Notes: generated by a model from the sequence alone, not told the origin. Positions 9,737-19,795 are shown, counted from the stretch's first letter. The stretch: 64,000 bases of DNA from an uncultured Methanosarcinales archaeon (GCA_964354685.1 CAYHAM010000005.1:9942-73941), one strand, 5' to 3'. Numbers and translations: made by a program.

Positions 9737-10441
9737 ATGGCTGAAGAGATCTCAAATAGAACATTGGCTATTTTGTTGATTGTTGCGATTGCAATATCTT
9801 TGGGAGGCACGATAATTAGCTTGAACAGACTGGCACAGGTGCGTGTTCCTACTATAACAGCTGCTGCATTAACAGACACAGGGACAGCAACTGTAAATAT
9901 AACATCTCAGGCATCGATAATTTTTCATGCTGGCAATAACTCGATTGCTTTTGGTAGTGGATGGGTGAATAGCACAGAAAGCAGTGGAATTTGTGTTATG
10001 AGTGCTATAAATTCTAGTGATGGTACAGTAAATTCAGCTTGTAAAGGTAGTTGGGCTGCTGGTTTAAGTGGGTTTATAATAGAAAACAATGGAAACGTGA
10101 ATCTTACTGTTGAGGTTCATTCAGACAAAAACTCAACTGAGTTTTTGGGAAATCAAACTTCTGGAACTAATAACATGAATTTCACTTTTATGGCTTACAA
10201 CAATGAAACAGCATCATGCGGTCAATTGAACGCTAGTTGTGATGATGAGTGGCTTGCTTGGCCAAATGGGGATGCAAAAACAGGAATATGCTTTAATACA
10301 TCTAATGGTGGCTTGGGTTTTGATGACACTAAAGACTCAATGGTTATTGACATTAACTTGAGTATAGACTATAGAACCGTTCTCACTGGTAATGGTACTC
10401 AAACAGCAACAATAACTGCTACTGGTACTGCCCTTACTTAA
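9737..10441 (+). CDS. Secreted/surface paralog family protein (third copy)
   Basis: Paralog of 5544 and 6960. Confidence 0.55.
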   Translation: MAEEISNRTLAILLIVAIAISLGGTIISLNRLAQVRVPTITAAALTDTGTATVNITSQASIIFHAGNNSIAFGSGWVNSTESSGICVMSAINSSDGTVNSACKGSWAAGLSGFIIENNGNVNLTVEVHSDKNSTEFLGNQTSGTNNMNFTFMAYNNETASCGQLNASCDDEWLAWPNGDAKTGICFNTSNGGLGFDDTKDSMVIDINLSIDYRTVLTGNGTQTATITATGTALT

Positions 10442-10601
10442 CTAGATTTTTTTATATCTTTTTTGTTTTTGGAAAAGAGAAAATGAGGTTATTTAAGGAT
10501 TTATTTCTATTATTAAAATTATGATTAGTAAGTTGCTATAAAACTAGCTAATATTATCTTCTATTAATATAATGATATTAATAACAAAATTTTTAATGAT
10601 A

Positions 10602-10647
10602 TTAGCGAGTTGCCAGTGTTTAACCACAAAATTGGCAACTCGTGGTG
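10602..10647 (+). repeat. Hairpin element copy B, preceded at 10525..10555 by a degenerate half-copy (TAAGTTGCTATAA)
   Basis: TTAGCGAGTTGCCAGTGTTTAACCACAAAATTGGCAACTCGTGGTG. Confidence 0.75.
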
Positions 10648-10835
10648 CGTCTATAATTAGATATTCTCCATGTGGTTTTTCTTATTGTTGATTATCAACT
10701 TTTTTAGCCAATTATTTGTTTATTGTTGATTTTCAACAATATTCCTTGTTTATATATAAACCAATATATGTTTAATATCAACAACAAAAGATTTATATAG
10801 GGGTTTTGTTGATTATAAACAACTGATGTGTTTTT

Positions 10836-11162
10836 ATGTATATTGATGAGTTTGAAAGCATGGTTAATGAAAAAGAGGTTGTGGATTTATTAAAGAAGAG
10901 CTTTGGTTCTAAAGCCAAGTTTAGGTTGATTGTTTTGGTTACATATTCACTTGAAAATCTTAATCATTCTCAGAAAACCTTGTTTGGTTATGCTTTAAAG
11001 GGCAGAACAGGTCAGAAAGGGTTTTTGGATAAACTAGATGGAGAGGCGGTTGGCAGGAACAATGTTCTGATTCCAGTTGATAATCTAACTCAGTTAAAGG
11101 AGTTTTTTGCAACATGGAATGTAAAGTATAATGTTAGAAAATTCATAGAATTAAAAGAATGA
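10836..11162 (+). CDS. Hypothetical protein (108 aa) translationally coupled to the 915-aa surface protein (ATGA overlap)
   Basis: ORF only. Stop/start overlap. Confidence 0.4.
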   Translation: MYIDEFESMVNEKEVVDLLKKSFGSKAKFRLIVLVTYSLENLNHSQKTLFGYALKGRTGQKGFLDKLDGEAVGRNNVLIPVDNLTQLKEFFATWNVKYNVRKFIELKE

Positions 11163-13906
11163 AAAGAACATATAAGAAAAGGAAGGAGAAGCATTTTTCG
11201 AACAACTTAGTTGCGTTGCTTGCAGTTGCCTTTGCAATTATCTCCTTGATTTGTAATATGGAGGTGTATAAAGGAACAGCGAAACTTATGCCTGTTGGAA
11301 GAGCAGTTGCTCAGGGCACAGTTAGTTTCAACATAGCAGGTTATCAACCAGTTCCTTTTGTTACTTACCCAAATGGGTGTGAGGTTGTGAATGGAACTAT
11401 TATGATAAATTCAACAGTGACTGATAAAGATGGTAATGACAGCATAGCTAATGTTAGCTTTTATTATTCAGGCGCGTTTAATGAATCTGGCCAAACATAT
11501 GTTGGTATACAAGTTTATGATGGGGATGTTTATTATGAGCAGAGCTGGAACACAAGCAATGTTTCAGATGGGATATACTACAAAATAAGGATTAATTCTG
11601 TTGACAATAAATCAATAACTGCTCAAGACAAGTCAAACAATTTCTTTGCAGTTAATAACATTGATGAGGTACCAGAGTGGGAGGAGTTCAAGTATGGTGT
11701 TTCAACAAATCTAAGCACGTTGAGCAAATGGTGGAATGTGAGCAATTTGCTGCTTGGTAATAATTATGGAATGATAAACTTCTCTAGCCAAACGCTTAAT
11801 GTGGATGGTGTTAATCTTTCAGCGTATATAGAGATAACTTTTGCAAAAATATTTTTGGATGATGATTACTTGCCATGTATGAGTGTTCCTGCTTACCTTC
11901 ACTTTTTTAATGTGAGCTTGACTGATCCTAGAATATTGAGGGATGGCGTGGAGTGTTCAGCACCTGCTTGTATCTTGATTTCAAATAATGGGAACGATGT
12001 TGTTTATAGGGTTTTAACCTTCTCAACATATGAGGTTTTTGATAATGCACAGCTTGAGATTTGGGATGTTACAGACAAAGGTGTTTATAATGGTAACCAA
12101 ACAAGGTATAAGAATGAGCAAACCGAGTTTTATGCAAATTTAACTTCAAATGGAACAGCAGTAAATGATAATTACACAAGCTGTTGGATAAGGTTCAACA
12201 TATCCGCAGATGAAACAGAATGGGAGGAGATGGAATTTAAGGGAAGCAGTTATCTTTATGAATCCCATCGAAAGTTTAATAATCCTGGTATCTACCCTTG
12301 GAAGGTTGTTTGTAATAACACTCAATCTGTGTATTTCAACTATACTAGAAATGATACTGTTAATATTTCTAACAGAGCTCCTGTTTTGACTTCTGCTTTA
12401 CCAAATATAACAATGCTGGAGGATAGGCAGCTTCTGTATGTTGATCTTGATGATTATTTTGAAGATCCTGATGGTGACACTATGACTTATAATAGTTCTT
12501 ATGTGCCAAATATAGTTATAACAATTGGAATAGGTAATATTGTTACTGTGGCTCCTGCTCAAAACTGGTATGGTAACAGGAGTTTTTTCATTAATGCAAT
12601 AGATGCATTCAACGCAACAACACAGAGTAATAGAATTTATATAACCGTAATCGATGTTCCAGAACCTTTACCAGAAACTGGTGCTGGCGGTGGTGGTGGT
12701 GGCGGAGGAGGCTATACTGAGACAGAATACATTGAAAGACCAGATTGTGTTGATAAGTGGAGGTGTTCATCATGGTCTGCTTGTGAGTTTAGATGGCCTG
12801 ATATTGAGGTTGATGAGATAAATGAGAATGATGGTATAAGAACAAGAAGTTGTGTTGATGTTAATAAGTGCAACTATTTTTGGAAGAAGCCCAATGAGAC
12901 AATGGATTGTTTTTATCAGCCAACATGCGATGATCATATCAAAAACCAAAAAGAGGAAAAAGTGGATTGCGGTGGGCCTAATTGCCCTGTTTGTCCAACA
13001 TGTGAGGATGGGGTTCAAAACCAGAATGAGACTGGCATGGATTGCGGTGGGCCTTGTAAGAGTTGTCCAAGCTGTTATGACGGTATACAAAACCAAGGTG
13101 AGGAAGGGGTTGATTGTGGTGGGCCTTGTAAGAGTTGTGCTTTGTTGGAAAAGCCAGAGCCTATTTTTGATTGGTTGATGATTGGATTGTTTGTTTTGAT
13201 GCTTTCGGTTTTGTTGTTTACAACATACATATTTGTTAGGCCTTACATTGTTAGGATAACCTTGAGTATAATGGGGCTAAAAGAGAGGATAAGGAGGAAA
13301 GAGGTGCCAACAAAGAGTTTGCTTGATTTAGAGTTAGACACATTGTTCAAGTTAGACAAACTAATCAAGATGTTAGAAAAGGGTGATCTAGATGATATAT
13401 CAAAACAATTCAATGCTGTTTTTAGAAGGTTTTTGAAAGAGGCGCTTAAAATAGAGTATGAGTTTACATATGAAGAGTTACAAGAGGAGATTAAGAAGCA
13501 GAATCTGCCTAGGTTATTAAAGATTGCTTTGAGTAATTATGTAAAAGAGCTCACTGAGATTCAGTATGGAAAGAGAAAACTAACAAAAGAATTGTTGAGT
13601 ATGGAGATTAAAAGAGCAAAGGAGCTTGTTGATTTGATTGTAAAAAATCTTCCAAAAGAGGTGGTGGCTGTAGAGAAAAAAGCTAAAGTGAGAGAATCTA
13701 GAGTTGATATAATAAGTGTGTATAAGCTAATTGTGGATGCAGAGAGGGCTTTGGCAAAGAAGGATATTGAGAAGGCAGGTAAGGTTTATAGTGAAATAGC
13801 CTCTGTTTATAAAAGACTACCTGATAAGCAAAAGAGGGAGATTTATCAAAAGGTATCAAAATTGGTGAAAGATATTGATGGTATGTCAAAGGATATGAAA
13901 AGATGA
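11159..13906 (+). CDS. Large surface glycoprotein (915 aa). Has LPETG-Gly9, three DCGGPC-x-C repeats, a TM helix and a ~225-aa cytoplasmic tail with the YEFTYEEL domain
   Basis: Signal/TM near the N-terminus and many sequons. Repeats QNQxExGxDCGGPCKSC occur three times. TM IGLFVLMLSVLLF. The tail is homologous to the N-terminus of the 18137 ORF. Confidence 0.55.
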   Translation: MKRTYKKRKEKHFSNNLVALLAVAFAIISLICNMEVYKGTAKLMPVGRAVAQGTVSFNIAGYQPVPFVTYPNGCEVVNGTIMINSTVTDKDGNDSIANVSFYYSGAFNESGQTYVGIQVYDGDVYYEQSWNTSNVSDGIYYKIRINSVDNKSITAQDKSNNFFAVNNIDEVPEWEEFKYGVSTNLSTLSKWWNVSNLLLGNNYGMINFSSQTLNVDGVNLSAYIEITFAKIFLDDDYLPCMSVPAYLHFFNVSLTDPRILRDGVECSAPACILISNNGNDVVYRVLTFSTYEVFDNAQLEIWDVTDKGVYNGNQTRYKNEQTEFYANLTSNGTAVNDNYTSCWIRFNISADETEWEEMEFKGSSYLYESHRKFNNPGIYPWKVVCNNTQSVYFNYTRNDTVNISNRAPVLTSALPNITMLEDRQLLYVDLDDYFEDPDGDTMTYNSSYVPNIVITIGIGNIVTVAPAQNWYGNRSFFINAIDAFNATTQSNRIYITVIDVPEPLPETGAGGGGGGGGGYTETEYIERPDCVDKWRCSSWSACEFRWPDIEVDEINENDGIRTRSCVDVNKCNYFWKKPNETMDCFYQPTCDDHIKNQKEEKVDCGGPNCPVCPTCEDGVQNQNETGMDCGGPCKSCPSCYDGIQNQGEEGVDCGGPCKSCALLEKPEPIFDWLMIGLFVLMLSVLLFTTYIFVRPYIVRITLSIMGLKERIRRKEVPTKSLLDLELDTLFKLDKLIKMLEKGDLDDISKQFNAVFRRFLKEALKIEYEFTYEELQEEIKKQNLPRLLKIALSNYVKELTEIQYGKRKLTKELLSMEIKRAKELVDLIVKNLPKEVVAVEKKAKVRESRVDIISVYKLIVDAERALAKKDIEKAGKVYSEIASVYKRLPDKQKREIYQKVSKLVKDIDGMSKDMKR

Positions 13907-16900
13907 GTGAAAATAAGAGAAGAGGGATAGTGAAAATATTGTTGTTGGTTTTTGTACTAATATTAAGTATAGTTTTTTTGAATAGTGTAAAAGCCACTGA
14001 TCCATCTTTTGATCCATCGCCTCCTTCAATGTTTAATCTAACACAGGATGTAAATTTTTATTATGATTTGAACGCAACTGATCCTGACAATAACACACCA
14101 TTCGTATTTTCTGATGATGCTGCATCTAGGGGTTGGTACGTATTTTTGATGAATAATGTAACGGGTGAGATAAACTTTACTCCATCAAATGATGATGTTG
14201 GATCAAACCAAGTTACTCTAATTGTTACTGATAGTAATTTAGAGCAGGATTCTAAGCTTGTTAATTTCAATGTGTCGAATGTGAATGACCCTCCGAATAT
14301 AACAGGATATACACCAACAAATTTAACACCAACAATCTATGAGAATGATTCTATTGGGTTTACATTTAATTACAATGCAACTGATCCTGATCTTCCTTAT
14401 GGTGATTCATTAACAAACACGTGGTATATGGATGGGGTTAACCAATCAAACAACCAGTCTTGGACTTACACACCTGACTTTTGTGAACCAAGTAATAGAA
14501 ACATAACCCTGATTGTCTGGGATTTGTATAATGCTACTGACAGTGTTGAGTGGAATGTGACTGTTATCAATGTTAACAGGCCTGTTGAATTTAACTCAAG
14601 CAGTCCAATACAGGATATAACCTGGCCAGAGGACACAGACCTAATAAACAACATATCATTAAACAATTATTTCTATGATCTTGATTATTCTGAGTGTAAT
14701 GATTCTCTGAATTTCAGTGTTGTTGGCAATCAGAGTATTGTGGTTAATATAAGCAGTATAACACCTCACAATGTTAGCTTCCACACACTACCTGACTGGT
14801 TTGGGGTGGAGGTAATTAATTTCACTGCTTGGGATGGTTATGACAATGCAACTAGCAACAATGTTGTGCTCAATGTCACTGATGTGGAAGACGCGCCTGT
14901 TATTGAGAATATCTCTGACCAGGTTGCTTATGCTTATGCTCCCTTTAGTCTACAAGTGAATGCAAGTGACCCTGATAATGATACTTTGACTTATTATGAT
15001 AATACAACTATGTTTGATATCAATCCATCAACTGGTTTGATTTCATTTACACCCAACCAATCTAATGTGGGAAATTATTCTATTATGATTAATGTTACTG
15101 ATGATGCAAACAATGTTTTCACAACCTTTGATTTGACAATTTACAACAATTCTGTACCAGGCATAGATTTAATCACAGATCAAGTTGTTGAGGAGAGCAG
15201 TTTGTTCCAGATAACTGTTAATGGCTCTGATTCTGATGCAGACAATCTCACTTTCCAGACAAATTATTCTGCAATGATAAATCCTGTTTGGAGCAATGCC
15301 ACTTCTGCAACATTTAGCTTTACTCCGTACCAGTATAATGTTGGCAATCATTCAATTAAGGTCACTGTTTTGGATGAGCATGGTGCAAGCAATTTCACGA
15401 TATTTAATTTGAGTGTTACTGATATCAACAACCCTCCTGTTCTAGATTCAATACCAACTCCACAGATTGTGAAGATAAACAAGAGTTTCACAATGCAGTT
15501 AAATGCAAGTGATGCTGATGGTGATGAGTTGAACTTTACCCATAATGCTTCTCCTGTTGATTTTCCAAACTTTTATATGAATAGCAGTGGGTTTATCAAC
15601 TTTACAGCAAATGCATCTGATGAGGGCAATCATAGTTTGAATATTACTGTCTGGGATGTAACTGCTGTGCCAAAGCAGGATTCCCAGATTGTTTTATATA
15701 TAGTTACATATAACAGACCACCAATTATAGATGCAGTGGGTATGCAGAATGGAACAGAGGATGATTTATTTACCTTACAGATAAATGCAACTGATCCTGA
15801 CAATGATCCAATAGTATTTTATACAAACTCAACAATATTTAACATAAGCACTGGTGGTTTGATAAACTTCACTCCTAATGGAAGCCATGTTGGTTTGCAT
15901 AATATCTCTGTTAATGTTAGTGATGGGGATGGCGGGTGGGGGAATATTACATTTTTACTGAATATATCTGATAAGAATGATGCTCCTTACTTCGATCCTC
16001 CTCTAGAAAATTTGAGTATATGGAACAACATATATGAAGATTCGTTGATTGAGATATATGTTAATGCAACTGATGAGGAGAATGATGATTTGACGTTTAC
16101 AAGAACATTCTTAAATGGGTCTACTATATTCAACATAACAAAGATAGGAACAAATCAGGCTCTGATAAATTTCACTCCTACACAGGCTGATGTGGGGTAT
16201 AATTACTCTGTTAATATAACTGTTAGTGATGGTATAAACACAACATGGGTTGTTATAAACTTCAGTGTTTATAATGTGAATGATGCACCAAATATAACTA
16301 GAGTGTATCCTTATGGAACACCATTGTCGAATTATACTGTTTTTGGTTGGGCCAATCATAGCTATTTCCCAAATGGAAGTTGGATAAATGCTTCTGAGAA
16401 TATGAGTATTTTCTTTAATCATAGTAGTACTGATCCTGATAATGCAAGCTTGATTTATATATGGTATTTTAATGGTAATATTGTTAATAACCAATCATAT
16501 TGGAATTATTCTTTGAATTTTAGCTCAAATGGCACTCATAATGTAACTCTAGTTGTTAGTGATGGTAATTTGAGTGATAGCATGTATTGGAACTTGAGTG
16601 TTTCAAATGTGAATAGGCCACCTGTGTTTGGCAAAAAGATTCATGATGATTATGCTGACTTTTCAGGAGGGAGTTTTTATAGAACCAATGTAACTTCAGA
16701 TGGAAGAATAGAGTTAAGCGAGAACTCAAGCTATTATCCAAATGGTTTGTATAATTCCTCTGTTATTAATCTTGATATGGATGATGGGTTTAATTATAGC
16801 ACGATTAGCTGGTCAGCATATGTGCCTAATGGTACAAGTGCAGATATAAAGACAAGAACATCCACAGATGGTTTATCTTGGAGTAGTTGGAGCAGTGCCA

Positions 16901-18090
16901 TTAATATAACTGGTAATGGTAATGTAGAATTTCCCTCACTTAGTTATAGGTATGTTCAATACATGATAAACCTTTCAACATCAAACACATCAATAACACC
17001 TTATATTAGTAGCATTACAATAAATTATGTTGTATCAAACAAAAGTCTGGCTGAAAACCAAGATGTTAATTATGGCGCATGGATTGATTTAGATGATTTC
17101 TTCTATGACCCTGATGGTGATAGCTTAAATTTCAGTGTTGGTGGTGAGTCAAATATTGATGTTATAATACAGAACACAACAAACTTTGTTGGCTTGTTCC
17201 CAGTTAGTGTTGGTACTGATACAATAACATTTAGTGCAATTGATAGCAATGGGGATAACATAACTAGCAACTCTTTCTTAATAATAGTGACTGAGGCAAC
17301 TGGAACAGGGTTGCAAGAGACAAGTAGTAGTGGGGGCACAAGCGTGGTGATTAGGACAAAGGTGAAAGAGGAGGAGAAAGAGGTGGAGAAGATCATCAAC
17401 CTTGATATTATTGTGCCAGAGGCTTTGACGACTTATAGGAACTCAACGATTGTTTCTCCAATTAGACTTAGAAACACTGGAAAAGAGGTTTTGGAGAATA
17501 TTAATTTGTCAGCAAGTTCAAACAATACAGGGCTAACAATGGAGTTTACAAAGAGTTTCTTCAAGAGCTTGGGAGTTAATGAGGAAGAGAAAACAAATCT
17601 TGTTATAACCTCTCCTGAATTTTTAGGTAATTATGAGATTGTGGTGACAGCTAGTGTGCAAAACCCAGAGTTTGAGGATAGTGCAAAAATAATTTTGAAC
17701 ACACTTGAGAAGGGAGAGCTCAACAAGACTCAGCTCTATACAAAAATAACCTTTACTGAAGATTTGTTGCTTGCAAACCCAGAGTGTTTGGAACTGATGG
17801 AGCTTTTGAAGGAGGCTGAGAAGGCTGTGAATGAATCAAGGTTTGTTGATGCAAATGATCAGATAGAGAAGGCAATAAGGGGTTGTAGGTATTTAATAGC
17901 AGCAAAAGAAACCTTTTTAGAAGAGCCAAGTCCTATTGAGAGAATATATGATAGGATATTTGGATTGACCTCAAAGAACAGGGTGTTGAGTTATGTCTTG
18001 ATAATTGCGGGTATATTCACACTTCTGACTTTCTCGCTCTTGTGGGAGAGATTTAGAAAGGGGAGGGAGTTAAAGAAAAAGAAGTCTTAA
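13903..18090 (+). CDS. Giant surface protein (1395 aa) with cadherin-like / Dystroglycan-type repeats and a C-terminal TM anchor
   Basis: Recurrent NATDPDND, FYDPDGD and NVNDAPNIT motifs. C-terminal hydrophobic helix plus RKGRELKKKKS. ATGA overlap with the upstream gene. Confidence 0.6.
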   Translation: MSENKRRGIVKILLLVFVLILSIVFLNSVKATDPSFDPSPPSMFNLTQDVNFYYDLNATDPDNNTPFVFSDDAASRGWYVFLMNNVTGEINFTPSNDDVGSNQVTLIVTDSNLEQDSKLVNFNVSNVNDPPNITGYTPTNLTPTIYENDSIGFTFNYNATDPDLPYGDSLTNTWYMDGVNQSNNQSWTYTPDFCEPSNRNITLIVWDLYNATDSVEWNVTVINVNRPVEFNSSSPIQDITWPEDTDLINNISLNNYFYDLDYSECNDSLNFSVVGNQSIVVNISSITPHNVSFHTLPDWFGVEVINFTAWDGYDNATSNNVVLNVTDVEDAPVIENISDQVAYAYAPFSLQVNASDPDNDTLTYYDNTTMFDINPSTGLISFTPNQSNVGNYSIMINVTDDANNVFTTFDLTIYNNSVPGIDLITDQVVEESSLFQITVNGSDSDADNLTFQTNYSAMINPVWSNATSATFSFTPYQYNVGNHSIKVTVLDEHGASNFTIFNLSVTDINNPPVLDSIPTPQIVKINKSFTMQLNASDADGDELNFTHNASPVDFPNFYMNSSGFINFTANASDEGNHSLNITVWDVTAVPKQDSQIVLYIVTYNRPPIIDAVGMQNGTEDDLFTLQINATDPDNDPIVFYTNSTIFNISTGGLINFTPNGSHVGLHNISVNVSDGDGGWGNITFLLNISDKNDAPYFDPPLENLSIWNNIYEDSLIEIYVNATDEENDDLTFTRTFLNGSTIFNITKIGTNQALINFTPTQADVGYNYSVNITVSDGINTTWVVINFSVYNVNDAPNITRVYPYGTPLSNYTVFGWANHSYFPNGSWINASENMSIFFNHSSTDPDNASLIYIWYFNGNIVNNQSYWNYSLNFSSNGTHNVTLVVSDGNLSDSMYWNLSVSNVNRPPVFGKKIHDDYADFSGGSFYRTNVTSDGRIELSENSSYYPNGLYNSSVINLDMDDGFNYSTISWSAYVPNGTSADIKTRTSTDGLSWSSWSSAINITGNGNVEFPSLSYRYVQYMINLSTSNTSITPYISSITINYVVSNKSLAENQDVNYGAWIDLDDFFYDPDGDSLNFSVGGESNIDVIIQNTTNFVGLFPVSVGTDTITFSAIDSNGDNITSNSFLIIVTEATGTGLQETSSSGGTSVVIRTKVKEEEKEVEKIINLDIIVPEALTTYRNSTIVSPIRLRNTGKEVLENINLSASSNNTGLTMEFTKSFFKSLGVNEEEKTNLVITSPEFLGNYEIVVTASVQNPEFEDSAKIILNTLEKGELNKTQLYTKITFTEDLLLANPECLELMELLKEAEKAVNESRFVDANDQIEKAIRGCRYLIAAKETFLEEPSPIERIYDRIFGLTSKNRVLSYVLIIAGIFTLLTFSLLWERFRKGRELKKKKS

Positions 18091-18104
18091 TAAATTTTTT
18101 TATG
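18091..18104 (+). terminator. T-tract after the giant surface protein gene
   Basis: TAATAAATTTTTTTAT. Archaeal terminators are oligo-T. Confidence 0.3.
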
Positions 18105-18136
18105 AGTAATTTTTAATAATGAATAATAAAATAGAA

Positions 18137-19795
18137 TTATGTCAGTCGTGAGAGTTTAAGATCAATATCAATACCTGTTAGATCATAAGATATTCTCTTT
18201 GAGTCTTCGCTCTTGAGTCTTAGGTATTTTTTGATTTGAAGGGCTTTTGAGTATGTGTCCATTGCTGATGAATAATTTCCTTGGTTTATTAGGTGTTGGG
18301 TTGTTTGAATCAGGTTATCAAGGTCTTCAATTTGTAATTTTGAGGTTGGTTTTTTGATTGGTTGAGTGAGTTCTGTCTTTGTTGATTCTGATTTGGGTTT
18401 TGATATTAAAGTGGTTGTTTTTTCAGATGGGTTTGGTTGAGTTTGGATTTCGTGAGCATAAGATGAAACAAGAATAGACTTTGGTCTAAAAGAGGCGTCT
18501 CCTTTTTGGATTGATTCTAGTTCTAAGGAGGGTATGTTTTCTATTGTTGGTTGTTTTTCAAATTTGGCTTGCTTTGATGGTTGTTGAGGATAGAACTCTA
18601 GTTCTGGTTGTTCTGGTTTAAATTGAGTGGGAGCCTTTTTCTTCATTTCTAAATCAGGGATGACTGGTTTCTTCTTAATACGTGGTTTTAATGATTGTTG
18701 TACTTTTGGTTCACTTATTTTTGGTGTGACCATCTCAGGCAGAGAGTTAATATCTATTTTTGGAGGGGGTGGAGTAGGCATAAGTGGAGGTAGTTCCATT
18801 TCTTCAATGTGTTTTTTTGGTTTGAATAATGATTTCAAGAAAGATTTTTTTGTGGGTTGTTCTTCTTCTGATACAAGTTTCATTTCTTGAGATAGCTCTT
18901 CTTCTAATTCTAACCCAGGCATCGGAGGGGGTGGAGGTAGGTCCAACTCTGGTTGGGTTGTCGGCTTGGTTGTTGGTTCTGTTATTGGTTTTTCTATTGG
19001 CTCTGGCTCTTTTAATGAGTTGACTTCTTTTCTTAATTGTGTTATCTCTTTTTTGATTTGCCTTGCCTCAATAGGTGTAAGTGTATTGTATAGTGCATCT
19101 ATTTTTGATAGTTGTGATTCTGCTTTTGCAATGCGGTTGTTGCTTATATCCTCATAGCTTTCTGCCAACATACTATACAAAAAGGTTAATTTGTCTTGTG
19201 GTGTTTTTCTCAACCACTTTAATGTTAATGCTGATGTTAGGTTAAATTTGAGGTTGGTTATTGTTCTATTTAATTTTCCTTCAGATGGAGCCTTTTTCTT
19301 CAATTTGATTTTTGGTTTGGGAGTAGCAGTCTTTTTTATTCTTAATTTGACTAACAATCTAGAAAGCAAACCATGTTTTGTACTTGTTATAATAGCATGT
19401 TTCTCTTCTAAAACAAGGGGTATTAGGTTTTCAAACTTTTGAAGTTGTTGGTTTAATTCTTCTATGGTGTAGCCCTCTTGCTTAAACTCCATATTGGATA
19501 GATGCTTGAAAAATTCGGTGAGTTCTGATTTTAGCTCTGGGGAGAGTCTTCTATTCTCCATCTCTTTGACAAACTCTTCATAGGTGAAGTAATACCTGAT
19601 TTTAAGTAGTTTCATAAAGAAGAATCTGATAATTGCTGAGAATTCTGAAGAATGGTCTTTTTCAGGAGTGTCAGAGATCTGCTGTCTTAACTTTTGGAGT
19701 TTGTTTTTTGTTATCTCATCTACTCTTATTTCAGGTTCATTTTGTTTTTTGCGCTTAAACCTCTTTTTTAATCTTGATTTGATAGGAATAGCCAT
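18137..19795 (-). CDS. Pro/Lys-rich protein (552 aa) sharing the YxFTYEE domain with the cytoplasmic tail of 11159
   Basis: IRFFFMKLLKIRYYFTYEEF aligns with FRRFLKEALKIEYEFTYEEL. PPPPP and KPK low-complexity stretches. Confidence 0.45.
   Translation of the reverse strand: MAIPIKSRLKKRFKRKKQNEPEIRVDEITKNKLQKLRQQISDTPEKDHSSEFSAIIRFFFMKLLKIRYYFTYEEFVKEMENRRLSPELKSELTEFFKHLSNMEFKQEGYTIEELNQQLQKFENLIPLVLEEKHAIITSTKHGLLSRLLVKLRIKKTATPKPKIKLKKKAPSEGKLNRTITNLKFNLTSALTLKWLRKTPQDKLTFLYSMLAESYEDISNNRIAKAESQLSKIDALYNTLTPIEARQIKKEITQLRKEVNSLKEPEPIEKPITEPTTKPTTQPELDLPPPPPMPGLELEEELSQEMKLVSEEEQPTKKSFLKSLFKPKKHIEEMELPPLMPTPPPPKIDINSLPEMVTPKISEPKVQQSLKPRIKKKPVIPDLEMKKKAPTQFKPEQPELEFYPQQPSKQAKFEKQPTIENIPSLELESIQKGDASFRPKSILVSSYAHEIQTQPNPSEKTTTLISKPKSESTKTELTQPIKKPTSKLQIEDLDNLIQTTQHLINQGNYSSAMDTYSKALQIKKYLRLKSEDSKRISYDLTGIDIDLKLSRLT

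Larger units (their letters stand above)
9367..10500 (+). repeat. Cassette unit 3
   Basis: Same organisation as unit 2. The downstream MRLF start is truncated. Confidence 0.7.

Noticed and set aside
12660-12680. LPETG as evidence for a sortase system
   Set aside because: No sortase gene is visible. The motif is not at the C-terminus followed by a TM plus basic tail. Kept only as a low-interest curiosity.
12850-13180. Track ORFs 12852..13178 (+) and 12770..13096 (-) inside the 915-aa gene
   Set aside because: They are alternative-frame or antisense ORFs. They lie in the region coding the DCGGPC repeats, whose codon periodicity creates open frames. The main frame has clear domain content.
18627-19442. 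Four plus-strand ORFs antisense to the 552-aa gene
   Set aside because: Low-complexity G/F/L-rich translations mirroring the P/K/E-rich sense strand. Typical antisense artefacts.
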